Positions 30,031 to 42,991 of a stretch of DNA of 64,000 nt are shown here, one piece after another. The DNA is taken from NCBI GenBank assembly GCA_040357565.1, contig JBDODJ010000001.1. One strand, 5' to 3'. Positions within the stretch are counted from its first letter, which is position 1; the number at the start of each line of letters is the position of its first letter. The translations under genes and the position numbers were made by a program. Under the pieces are notes generated by a model that worked only from the letters and a program-made list of their open reading frames with translations, ran no database searches and was not told the DNA's origin. This stretch comes from Cercozoa sp. M6MM. Its lineage: Eukaryota; Protista; Endomyxa: Ascetosporea.

Positions 30031-31846
30031 CTGGCGAGATCTTCGTCGTAGTTCGGCAACTTGCGCTTTTTCATGAACTTTTCCATCTGCGGCAAACAGT
30101 TGTAAAACACAAACAGAAAGCAACATAAGTATAAGTGCAGTTGAGGCATACGATGACAATGTGATCCTCCAGCAGTTTCTCTGGTCCGTTATCCTCCAGC
30201 CACGGCTTGGCCGGGTCCTTGTCAGGTCTGTGCAGGTACACAGAATACAGGAGACCAGTTAGAGCCAGAGTCAGAGGGGGGTCAATAGTCAAAACATACG
30301 AAAGCGTCAACTGACGGTACTTGAGGGACAGACTCGGTCCAACAATCGTTGGCTCCTGATTGGTCTCCTCTGTCACATAAGCACATAAGCACATGCTACA
30401 CACACAGACGCACAGACACACAGACACACAGACACACAGACACACATGTCTATCAAAAGAGGCATACGCCAGCCAGCCAGCAGCGGCTTGTCTGTGTCGT
30501 TGGAATTGTCCGACACCGCCAGACGGAAGTGGAGTTGATACTTCTGTTCAGAGGGACGGGGTAAGTGGGTAAAGGGGGTAGAAAAAATGAGAAATAAACC
30601 TGCTTGTTAAGGAAGTCAGTGCAGCGATGCGTGATACGAACAAACACGGTTTCGCCTGGTTTCACTGGCAGCAATGACGTATGGCAGTGCCTGAGAACAA
30701 GAGGGAGTAAATGAGTACAGGTGGGTGGTAGGGGGGAGGGGGTAAACACTACCACTCATCAAGTACACCGCAGGCCAGGTGCATGTTGAAATCCTTTTTC
30801 CTGTCATCACACACATACATCAGACGGAGTAAGAGAGGGTGGGGGGGGGGGGCAAGATTCGTACTTGTCGCGCAAAACACGCAGACTGTGCCACGGTCGC
30901 TGACCCTCGTTTCGCACCAGCCTGTTAACAACACGACACACACATGCGTTTGTCCAGAAAAACAACAACGAAAACAACAACAGCACACAGAGGGAAACTA
31001 CCACCAGGAGTGAATGACGGTGTCGTTTTGCTCCACTTGGCGCGTGCGGTCACTGCATTGACAGTCCCGTTGATATCCGCGCGGAGGCACTGGACAAATG
31101 CACTAAAGAGACAGAAGAGACGCACCTTGAATGACTAAACACGACGCGCGCGAAGAAAGGACGAGTCAAACCGCTCTTTGAAAATACACAAACACACACA
31201 TATATACGCATACCTAGATATACAAATATGGATACATAAACATACATACGACACATATATACAGACACATATGTACATACTAACACATACATACATACAC
31301 ATACATACTGACCATACCCACACACACACATACATACATACATACATACATACACATATTGAGCGGTGCACCTTGCGTTGAGGCACGTCAGTCACGTCGA
31401 GATGCGGACGAGCGAAGCCGACCATTGTGGTGATAGGCGTCTTATCCATCCTGTCCACAGACACTAATTTACTCCCCCCCCCCCCCCCCCGACTGCAGAC
31501 ACAGGAGGTACGCAGCAACGTCAACCGGCGCGAGTGTGTCAGCGTAGTCGTTTGCGATGTCGAGTGCCGCTTTGACGGATTGTATCCCCTTCTTCGTCTC
31601 CTTTCTCTCGCTTTGCTTTGCTGCCTGCTTGGACTGCTCCGACTGCCGCTGTTGCTGCTCCTGCAGCAGTTTCAGCAGCCGCTCGTGGCGCAGCCTAGAG
31701 CGCTCGCGTAGTGTTTCGCGACGCGCGACTGAGGATTCAACTGGCAGGACCAGTTTGCCCTACATATATATCTTTATATATTTATATGGTTGTATAAATA
31801 GATCAATGATAGATCTATAAGAAGTTTTTATATCCATAATACACCT

Positions 31847-31928
<82 letters not shown>

Positions 31929-34900
31929 CACACACACACATGTCCATTCACAGGGAACAGCAAGGACTACATCCGGGAACTCCTCCGCCTTGTGCTGACG
32001 CTCCGCGTGCTGTCGCGCGGTCTACTTAAACAAGCACACGCATTGCTCACTCTCGAGACCAAGACAGAGAAAGAGAAAGAAGCAACATTAGAATTCGAGC
32101 AGCCAAAGCGCGCGCCTTTTCGTGTTTTGCACTTCCTTGCATTGCACTGTCATACACGCACACACACATACACACACATATACACACACACTGCAGCATC
32201 GAAGCCCCCTTCCTTTACCCCAACCCCCGTGTCTAGAGAAACGCTACCATAAAAGAAGGATAGTGTGTCTGCAAATGGGACGCGAGTCGCTGCGGCTTCA
32301 CGCCGCAGCGAATACAGGCGGGTCGTGTCGGGTCAAAGTCGCGCAGGTCTTTTTCAAACACATTGACGGAGAGCGTGTCATGCGACACGTCAGTTTCTTC
32401 GTCTGCCTCTCCTTCCTTGCCTCTCGTCTTGTCGTCTGCCTCCTCCCCTTCCTGCGGCAGCGGTTTCTCCTCGTCGACCAGCGAGGTGGGTCGCACGCGA
32501 CGCGGCGGTAGAAGCGAGGCCAGCTGCGACGGCACAGGTGACGCTGCAGGCGACACAGTGGTGTCGCTGCCGCTGACGGTGGCGTCCTCGTCGAAGGAAG
32601 AGTACTCCCCCTCGTCTGTGGTCTCGGCTTGCGGCAGTTCCATCCACTCCTCGTCCGACACAATGCGCAAATCCTCGTGCTCGGCCAGTTCCACTGCTTT
32701 CGCTTTCTTCGGCAGTTTTTTCGCTTTCTGTGCTTTCTCTGTTGCTTTCGCTTTCTCTTCTTTCGCTTTCTCGGATTTTGCTTTCTCGGCTTGTGCTTTC
32801 TCGGCTTGTGCTTTCTCGGCTTGTGCTTTCTCTGTTGCTTTCGTTGTCGGTTTTGCAGTTGTGGGTTTCGCAGTTGGTTTCTCAGTCGGTTTCGTCTTTT
32901 TCGGCAGCGGTTGCTCTGGCTCTTGCTCGCCCAGTCGCATGGAGCGCACGCGTTTGCCGAGCTTTTTCCAAATGCGCTGCATGAGGTCGTCAACGCGATT
33001 GAAGACGTCGACGTCGAGTTGCACGCCGTCGGGCAGCAGCTTCTCGGTGTTCGGGTAGTAGTCGGCGAGACCGCGGGTCGTCCGCGCGGGTACCTGACTG
33101 GCGTGAAACAGTATTACGTGATCCTTCAGTCGGCGGAACTCGTAGTGTCGCTCCTGGCACACCATGCACTGCAAAACACATATGCACATGCACATGCACA
33201 TACACATCATGCAAACAAAGGTAGAGATGATACCACGAAATGCGGCATGTGCGTCTGGATGTGCCGCCGGATCGAGCCGGAGCGTTTCCAGGGACCCTTG
33301 GCCGAGCTGCGGCAGCTGCGAAACGGACAGTGTATGTCGCCCTTGTCGTTGCGTCGCACCAGCGACAGGTCCGGCTGCTCCATGTCGGCTTTGTGGACAC
33401 GTGCCGATGGAGCCGTGCGAGGCACCGTTCGCGACGCGGCCGTTGTTGTCACCTCGTGCGCCGTCTCGGACAGAATCGTGCTGTGACGAGCCACACGTTG
33501 CCGTGCCTGCAGACGACTTCGCAGCAGCGCCATCTGCTCCTTGCGTTTCGCATCGCTGGCACCGCGGTCCAGCAGTATCGATGCTGTCTCGATCGGTTTC
33601 GCCGCTGCCGTCGCTGCTGCTTTGACCTGTTTCGCAGTTGTTTCGCTCGCTTTTGCTGCTTCGATCGGTTGCGCAGTTGTTTCGATCGGTTTCGCAGTGG
33701 TTTCAATCGGTTTGGCAGATGCTTTTGCAGTGATTTCGCTCGGCTGGACCGCAGCAGAGACTTTTGCGGGCCGCGACGGCGTGACCCAGCGGATGGTGTT
33801 GCGCGTAGGACTGATGCCCATGTCGCGGAACTTGTCGTAGAGTCGCTGTGCTGCTTTGACGTTCTCAAGCTGCCGGATTACGCCAGGCTGCAGCGCTTTT
33901 CCATTGTTCATCTTACCAGCCTCGGGTGTCGGGTACGGCGGCGGTGTGTACTGCGAGTATTTCGAAGGTTACGATGTGCAAATACATAAAGGGACAGGAA
34001 GGGTGTACTTCAGGGTGATGCCGCTTGAAGTGAATCGACACCTTGTGTGCACGGCAGTTGGTGTAGGTACAGTCTGGCCCCATGCACTACACACAGTGGC
34101 AGTTTTATTAAGCTATGATAGTGTAGTATGGGAGATACGCGGTAAAGCGGGTAGTGTCTTTCGACGTGACTACGCGGGTTTTTGATGAAGACACCACAGT
34201 CCGGGCACTGCACGGTGTTGCGCTGTGTGTCAGCAACACCAGTCTGTTGTGTGCAAGACCGGAAGTCTTTGGAAAGGGGTGCCTGTTTTTTCAAGCGATC
34301 TGCGATGTGCGTCGCTCGTTTCTGCGTCGTTCGGAGCAGTCGCGACAGGTTCCCCTCGGCCACTCTGCACGCGTACACACAGTGCATATGTACTGTCTAT
34401 ATACATACAGTACATACACTAGTTGAGATACATACTATGCACATACACTGTGCACACAAATACCGCAAACACATCCACGATACAAACACATTCATATCAT
34501 GTACACTCAGACTATACAAACACATAAATACAATCTACACATTTCTACAACACACACGTGCATCAATATACACACATACATACTATGTATGATACAAGCA
34601 CTAGGCATAGCCTCTATATATATATATATATACATATATATACAGATACAAGTATGGACACAGATATATACCGAGCATCGACAGGCGGCGGTTCCGTTTG
34701 CGAGAGTGCGAGCGGCCAGTGCAGTGCAGTCACGACGTCGCTCATGTCGTCATCCGGAGGACTGCTTGTTTCTGGGTCAGTTGCTGTCTCAGTTAGCACG
34801 CGCACGGCAGGCAGCACGTCGAGCAGCGGTGCCAACTGCCGCGTCAGAGCGTCGACAGTCTGCGTCACCTGTGCACGTGTGCTGTCGAACAGCAGCAGTG

Positions 34901-37900
34901 CGTCGAGTGGAAGCATGGCCACGTGGTCACTGGGTGACCCACTGGGTGACCCACTAAGTGAGCCACCGGGTGACCCACTTAGTGAGCCACAGGGCGACAG
35001 TGCCTCGCTCAACGAACGACCTTGTCGAGGCACGGGCAGGCGCACGTGGCCCTGCAGGATGGCCGACACGGCCGCACTGGATAGACACGTGTCACGGTGC
35101 CACACGACACGCCGCTCGCCCACTGGTCGCAGGTGCTTCTGTAGCCACTGCAGCGGGGGGGGGGGTAAGGAGGAATGGGGGAGTAAGGAGGGAGGGGTAT
35201 ATCGGGGTGAAGGGTAGGGGGGTAAACCTTGTCAGAAGTCTTCAAAGTATTCAGTTTCGTCTGCAGCTGCTTCACTTGGTTCGCTACCTGCCAGTCACAT
35301 GGGTCACTCACATGGGTCACTCGCATGGGTCACTCGCACGGGTTATTCACATCACCGGGTCACACACGTGCCAGATCATATGAGTGGTCACGCACCAGGT
35401 CGGAGTAGACGGCGCGGAGTGCCGGTGTCAGTTGGGGCGTGACGACGGCGAGCACGCGGCGGCACAGCTGTCGCGCCGTGTCGGCGCCGTCCCGGTGTCG
35501 GTCAACCTGCCGACTCGCCGAGGTCGGTCGGGTCAGGTCACTGGCGTCCGCGCGGACGCTGCAGGCAACGGCACTGTCGTCCGCTGCGTCCAGTGGCGGC
35601 ACCGACTGCGTCAGGAAGCGACGGCGCTGCTGATGCGTCACTGAGGTGACACCGTCGGTATCAGTGGCCTCAGCCACACCGTCAGCCACACCGTCAGCCA
35701 CACCGTCAGCCACACCGTCAGTGATGGTATCAGGAGAGCGTAGGAGGAGAGCAGAGTCACATGCCAGGTCATTGGCGGCGTAGCAACCGACCTGGACGGT
35801 TCCGAGGGCAGCACCGTCATCAACGGCACCAAGCCACACGGCCTGCGCCGGCATGACGGTGTGCCACGTGTCGGCCGAGACGGTGTCGCCGTCGATGGCG
35901 GCCAGTGCCACCTGCTGCAGCGTCGCCGCCTCCACGGCGCCCAGCAGCGCTCCTGTTGCGTCGCGTGCCACGTACCACGTGCCCGGCAAACGCTCCACCA
36001 CCGACTGTGCCATCACACACACATGTATGTATACGCATATCCACATCGACATATCTATCTCTAGAAAGATATATATATATATAGTACATGCGTGTATAGT
36101 GAGATACAAACATGCATATATACAAATATAGATATATATATATAGATATATATATATATATGTACATATAGATAAAGTACCTCCACATCCACTGAGGTAT
36201 CTGCGATCTCCTTCTTGTCTGCAAACAAAAAGGTAAGACGGGAGGAGGGGGCTGCGGCAAACAGTTACTCGGCAAGGGCGCTCGTTTCACCACGCAGAAT
36301 TCTTTCTTGAGCAGCGCTTCGTACTGTTGCGAGCACTCTGACAACACACAGGGGGTAGCCCGATTAGGGAGAGGTAACAGGGCAGGTGCAGGTACGAGAG
36401 GTGTAATGGGAAGGTACACACACCATGAAAGCGTTGTATCCAGTCGTCGCGTTGCTGCGGCGTGAGCGTGCCAGCGTCCACGCGAAGTTCGTATGTGTAC
36501 AGTGGCTACACGGAGAGACACCTCGGTCCATTTGAACTGACTTAAGGGAGGGGACAGAAGGATCGGCGATAATACCTCATCGAGCGACACGAGCGACGTG
36601 TGTCCCAGAACTCGGTTGGCGAGTCGCGACACTGCCGACGATGTCGCCGCCGTCGACGTTCCCGGAGCCTTCCGCGAAAGTTCCAGCAGTGTTCGCGCCT
36701 GCTGCTCGGAACACGCCTCGTCGAACTCGAATTCGGACCACTCCGGCTTCACGGGAACCTCGTAGCCTACTCCACACAAACACACTCCCTTAATTAATAG
36801 GAAACACTCTTCAAGCAAAGAGATACACCCCCCCCCCCCTTGAGTAAGCGAGAGTACCCAGCGGCATGACGCGACCGCGCACGCGAACCGTGTCGTTAAA
36901 CAAGTCGATTTCGAACTCGAACAACTGCTGTCGCGACGACTGCTCACACATGGGGTAAATAGGGGGATAAAGATGGGGACAAAAAGGGGGGTAAAGAGGG
37001 GGTAAAGATGGGGTAAAGAGGGAGTAAAGAGGGGGTAATGAGGAAGGGGTAAAGGGGTAAAGAGGGGGGTAATGAGGAGGGTTAAGAGGGGTAAAGAGGG
37101 AGTAAAGAGGGGGTCAAGAGGGGTAAAGAGGGAGGGAATAAAGAGGGGGTAAAGAGGGGGTAATAATCAGTCGGAGCACCTTCGCCTTCATACGTTCGCA
37201 GTGCCACAACACCGCTTCTGCCACTCTCTACAAAACAGGTGCGTAAGGAGGGGTAAAGAGGGGGTAAAGAGGGGGGTAAAGAGGGGGGTAAAGGGGCACT
37301 ACCGACGACACAGCGAGTTCGGTGGCACTGGTGGAAACGCGGCCATTGTGTCGCCTCCGCAGACTGTCCAGGTACTCGCGCACACTCATCTGCATCCTCT
37401 CCTCGCTCTTCTGCCTCACCACGCCAGGGGTAATAGGGGGTAAGAAGGGGTAAACAGGGGGTAAACAGGGGGTAAACAGGGGGTAAACAGGGAGGTAAAC
37501 AGGAGGGTAAACAGGGGGGTAAACAGCGGGTAAAAAAGAGGAAAAAAGTAGAGTAAAGATGAAGGTAAAGCGGGGGGTAAAGCGGGGGTAAAGCGGGTAA
37601 AGCGGGGGTAAAGAGGGGNNNNNNNNNNNNNNNNNNNNNNNNNNNNNNNNNNNNNNNNNNNNNNNNNNNNNNNNNNNNNNNNNNNNNNNNNNNNNNNNNN
37701 NNNNNNNNNNNNNNNNNNGGGGGGGTGAAGGACTTACCCCTCGATGCTCGCTCGCGAGACAGTGAAACTGCGCCGCGTAGTGCGACATTTCGATCGTCTT
37801 GTGTACTACACACGTGTGAACAAGTTTGTTTGTGAACAAGTTTGTTTGTGAACAAGTGTGTCCAAGGTACGGCCAGGCACTGCGTCGTCCGAGAAGTCAA

Positions 37901-40703
37901 TGCCGCCGAAATCGCCGATTCCGACTTCGATGTCGCCGTCATCTGCACTTACCCCCCCTCTTTACCCCCTCTTTACCCCCTCTATACCCACCTCTTTACC
38001 CCTCTTTACCCATCTCTTTACCCACCTCTTTACCCACCTCTTTACCCACCTCTTTACCCACCTCTTTACCCACCTCCTGACCCACCTCTTTACCCCCGTT
38101 TTTACCCCCGTATTTACCCCCTCTGTACCCTCTCTTTACCCTCCCTTTACCCCTACCCCTCTTTACCCCCTTAGAAAAAGGGTACCATCGACACGGACAG
38201 CGTCAAAAACGATGCCGCGCTGCTCGAGCACTTTCTCGTATTTGTTGAGCAAAGCGTCACTGTCGTGCAAACAACAACAACCACAAATGAACACGCTTGT
38301 TTGTGCGAGTGTTTCTGGGGTGTTACTCTTCGATCAGAGCGCCGTCTGTAGCCACTTTAATTCCGGTCTGTCAAAGAACGAAAGCGGTGAAAACAGAGGC
38401 AACAAGAGATAACAGGGAGGGAGTGAGAGGAGGCTATATAGGGGGTAAAAGAGGGGTAAAAGAGGGGGTAAAAGAGGGGGTAAAAGAGGGGGGTAAAAGG
38501 GGGTAAACACGAAAGCACCGTGTGAGCGCGAAACGACGTGTTCTCCAAGGCAACGGCATCGTCGGCCATGCGTTGCACTGTTGGTGTTCCAGACAGAATA
38601 CACACGTGACACCAAGAACACAAGCAGACACTAAGCACGTGCCAGGCAAGCACGTGCCAGGTAAGCACGTGCCAGACAAGCACGTGTCAAGAAAGCACGT
38701 GTCAGTACCAACGTCGACACGACGCACGTGATTCACCTGCTGACCCGGCGGAGTGAAGAGCTCCAATCCGAAGCGTTGCAGGAAGAGCGCTTGCTTCTCA
38801 TGTGCACTCATGTTGTTCTGTGACACAGGGGGGTAACACAGGGTAGGAACAGACGCGGTAGACTGGAGGTACCAAACGCTGCTGTTCTTTTTGCTGCCCA
38901 AAGCACCAAACTTAAGTCACGCAAAAGCAAAAGCAAAAGCAAAAGGCAAATTGGAGAGAGAGAGAGAGAGATAAAAAAGAGAACCCGCGTGTCGGCTTGC
39001 AAGTCGGCGTACAGTGATCGCGTGTTGACGACGGTTTCCAGTGCAGGCATGTCGTCAAAGTCACCGTCACCCTCGTTGCTATTGATACTATGACTATTAT
39101 TGTTGCTGTTGCTGTTGAGGATGTCGTTGATGTCGTTGTCGATCTCGACACTGTCTGTGTCCTCAGTAGACACGATTTCCGTCCAGCGAGGCACTTCTTC
39201 CATCATGTCATTCACATCGTGGGCCGTCGGAATGTTCCTGCTCCATACACAAGCCCTCACAACGATACCGTAAAAAAGACTGCCTTACATTGACTCCTCT
39301 GGATCGTGCCTGACCATTTCCGGCGGTGTCCACACCGTGTCCGCGAAACAGAAAGTGCGGCTGTTGATTCTGTATCGGTGTGGCTGCAACAACACCATTT
39401 TGTACTCAAATTAACAACACAATATAGCCTCAAGTGAGAACAGCAAGTGCTTTACCACGCCCATTGGAAACGAATTCTCGAGCTCGTATTCTCGTTGGAC
39501 GACACTAAGTGATAAAACAACGATCTCACAACCAAAGAGAAATTCAAAACGGAATCGAGAGCGAAACAAAGCGAATCAAAGTAAAAACAATCAAAATAAA
39601 GCAATATTAAGCGAATTAAAGCAAAAACAATCAAAACAAGCAAAATTAAGCGAAACGAAGAAAAATAAAGCAAAATAAAGCAAAACAATGCGAAACAAAG
39701 CGAAACAAAGCGAAGCAAAGCAAAAAGTACCGCTGCGATTCGGAAGAGACACTTTGAAAGCGTTGCAAATTCTGGCGAAGCTTGGCGGCGTCATCGCTCT
39801 GATCGCTCTCGTCCGTCGGGGGCAGAAAATCGATCGGGTCGGTTGAGCGGCCACTGGCGCGCCGATGCTGACACTCGTGTAGCACGTGCGCTCGCTCCAG
39901 CAGTGCCGCCAACTGCAATCAGTCCCAAAAATTGATCAAGCAAACAAGGATGTTCAGTTCGACAAGGTTGTATTCGGGTTGAAACAATGTTCATGTCGGA
40001 AAACAAACCTGAGCCGGCATCAACTCTTGCACGGCGCCAATTTTAGTGCTCGGCTGTAGAGCAAATAAAAAATAAAAGGTTAAAATCTATGACAAACATT
40101 AAAACAAAAAAAAAGAACAATCGCACATTGGGATTCGACTGCACGATTCGTGTGGCGCGATCTCGAGCCATCTGAAGCTGTTTCGTCCGCTTGTTTTCTT
40201 CCTGTTGTCGCAACACGCACATTAGATAACTCAACGCAAACAGCCTTCTTGACTGTGCGAAAGACAACGTACACTAATCAACTTCTCCTGAGCGATTCGG
40301 TGCATTCGCTCAAACTTGTCATCATCTGGCAGTTTCGACTGCACACGAATGAAAGGCAGTGAAGGTAAACAAACAAATCAAGAGTTGTCGTAGCACCTCG
40401 TAGTGCCGGAGCAGCAAGGATGAATCATTTGGGTCAGTTAGCTGTCCGGCAGGAGTGACCTGTCCGCGCGGATCCAAAACCACGCGATAACGGTTGCTTT
40501 GCAACCGTTTCGTCACCTGCAAAACTCATTCGTTCCCTGAATCTAGCGGTAATTTAAGACAAACGGTTGGTACCACGACAGGCCAGAAGGCGCAGTCTTC
40601 GCGACTGAACACCTCTGTGCAATCAAAACAAACCACATTTTTGTTTTTCTGTTGGTTGGGACGCAGCAAAGCTACCAAGCCTGTCGCCCGGCTTGAAAGG
40701 CAT
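30031..40703 (-). CDS. Very large multi-exon protein: N-terminal Tudor/Agenet-like domain, three paired C2H2 modules, C-terminal Nbr1-FW (Ig-like) domain; 3' end runs into gap
   Basis: N-terminus MPFKPGDRLEVFSREDCAFWPVVVTKRLQSNRYRVVL. Frame traced junction by junction from about 37940 to 30031 and is phase-compatible across the 37619 gap. The segment 38000-40500 was checked less fully. FW-like segment HSWLVRNEGQRPW..LPVKPGETVFVRI..KYQLHFRL..IVGPSLSLKY. Confidence 0.6.
36950..38510. repeat. Largest blocks of the intronic GGGGTAAA(GA)/(TC)TTTACCCC degenerate satellite
   Basis: G-strand on + at 36950-37165, 37245-37295, 37425-37730 and 38410-38510. C-strand on + at 37950-38172. Confidence 0.9.
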
Positions 40704-41039
40704 ACTTTTTCTACTGGCACGGCGTGGCACCCTTGTACTACGTCTCAGGCGACTCGTGTATTTGCCTTTATTTTTGGACTACTGTACTTTTTTACAAAGA
40801 ACTGAAGTTTTGTTGTCGGGGCTGTTTGGGCAGTTGTTTTTAGTGACGGCTAGATCATCTATCACATGCACCAGTCAGCCGAATCACTTGTACACCTTGT
40901 AAGAGGAGCGTTCGGACTCACGCGAGAAGCGCGTGCGATTCCGCACATGCCGAAATCTACCGGGAGAACGCTAATCTGAGCTATTTCTCTGTTTTACGCG
41001 GTCTTCGTTGCAAGTAGCGTCAGCTATAAGGCCTTGACC

Positions 41040-42849
41040 ATGCTGAGACTGGCTGTTGTGAGTCTTTATTTTTGGCGGTCAAATGCAAGTGCGAAAACCC
41101 TCATTATTTCACCCGCATCTCACTGCACGGCCAGCGCTTGCCCCAGCGGTAGCTTTCATTTCTCGCGTCTTTGTTTTACATGTATTTGCGCGTACAATTG
41201 TAGAGTTTGTGCGGTATTATTGGTGTTTTTCGTGTCTACAGAACTGCCAGAGAACACCCAACGTGTAAGCGCGATCCTCGGTCACTTGGAGAGCACAGGT
41301 AGATTCATCAACTAAAGCAAATCTAGGCAATCGCACTGAATCTGTGAACTCCGAGTGAATAGGCTTGCTGTCCCACGATAATGTGGAGTACCAAGGCACA
41401 GTGCGTTGCATGAAGCAGTGTAAAAGTGACATTGACCTTGCGTTCCACACGTAACAACTTTCGTCATGATTGATTTTGTCGCGACAAGCGGATTTTCTCT
41501 TAGCGCCGAAGAAGCCGCGGAAATGCAAAAACTCGAGAAAGGCTACATCGCAAACGAGAACTACTTTTGTCCCGTCACGTATGACAGCATTTTGCATTCT
41601 GTAGGCTGACACCTTAGTTCCATTTGGTTCAGTTGTTTGCAACTGTACTGTATGTAAACATGCACGATTAGGTGCACGCCGCTGCCCAAGCGGCACGCAA
41701 GGTTTTCGCCGGCAAATATGAGAACGCTTTCGCCGTCATTCGACCTCCAGGACACCATGCCAATGGATACCGTACACTCCTCCGTTCGCTAATGGCAGTG
41801 ACCTTATATAACTTACGTGCAAACCATTGGTGACAATCCCTCTGCAGGAGTCAGTTCCAGGAAGCAACTGGGATTCTGCTTTGCAAACAACGCTGCTGCT
41901 GCTGCACGCGCAGCCTTGGCAGCCGGGGCTTCTCGTGTCGCGATTGTCGATGTCGATGCGCATCACGGCGACGGAACGGAAGAGCAGTTCTATGCACGCT
42001 CGGACGTGCTAACCGTGTCGCAGCACCTAGTCGGTCCGGATTTCTTCCCGGGTTCTGGTCGGGTCTCAAATGTGGGACAAGATGATGGACATGGCTTCAA
42101 CATTGTAACTTGTTTGCGTTCTTTTCATGCTGCCAGTGGGTGGTTGTGTATCACGCCTCGTGACTTTCTGTGATAGAATGTCGTCTTAGGAGAAGAAGCT
42201 TCCGACACGGAGGCGTTGGCCATGCTGCAGTTTGTTATACTGCCCATACTGCGTGAATACCAGCCCAGTATCATCATTCTCGGTGCTGGATTTGGTATGT
42301 TAGTCTACTAAAACACAAACGACACTTAAGTTTAAATCCAGTTTATGTTATTTTTCTTGCCAGATGGAATGAAAGGCGACCCCGTTGTCAAAAATCGACT
42401 GCAGTTTACGCCCGCATTCTTTGCTCAGGCGGTGGCTGCGCTCAAGCAAGTGCAGCCTCGCATTGTCGCTCTTCTCGAGGGTACCGCTGCTTGGGTGATT
42501 ACAACCCAAGAGAATAAGTTAAATTTACTGTAAGTTTACGGTTTAATTGAAGGTGGCTACAACTACGAGAATCTTGCAAGCGGAGCGCATGCTCTTCTCA
42601 CATCACTCGCAATAGACGATGCACACGAAGCTCTGTCGTGGCAGGAACTTGGCCCGGCGCTGCAAAAGCGTGTACGCTCTCGACGAAGGTACATCGCGCA
42701 GTACTCGGAAGGACGGTACTGCACAGGCTTTTTGGCAGTGAGGATTGATTCTTTTCTGTGATTCCAACAAAGCACTAGTAACCTGCAGATGGTTCCAAAA
42801 CGCCCCACTTGTGAGCTCTGTAAGCGAGAGTGAGTTTGAAGAAGCATAA
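41040..42849 (+). CDS. Zn-dependent histone deacetylase family protein (class II-like)
   Basis: PENTQRV, FAVIRPPGHHA, GFCFANNAA, RVAIVDVDAHHGDGT, FFPGSG, GAGFDGMKGDP and LLEGGYN. Catalytic H-H, D-x-H, D and Y are all present. Confidence 0.9.
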
Positions 42850-42991
42850 TTGAACTTTTTCTATCATACTGCCGTGGAGGCCAGCAAAAGTCCGATACCA
42901 ACACGGTCAATTCGGATCTTCCAATCGAAACGAGTCCTCGTTGATCATAAAGTCGAGCATCAGCTAAGGTTAGACCGAGGCAGTGCTCAAA

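Noticed and set aside
36950-38172. Canonical interstitial telomere repeats (TTAGGG/TTTAGGG/TTTTGGGG)
   Set aside because: The G-strand reads GGGGTAAA (A-rich), which is not a canonical telomere unit. Kept only as a possible variant-telomere hypothesis.
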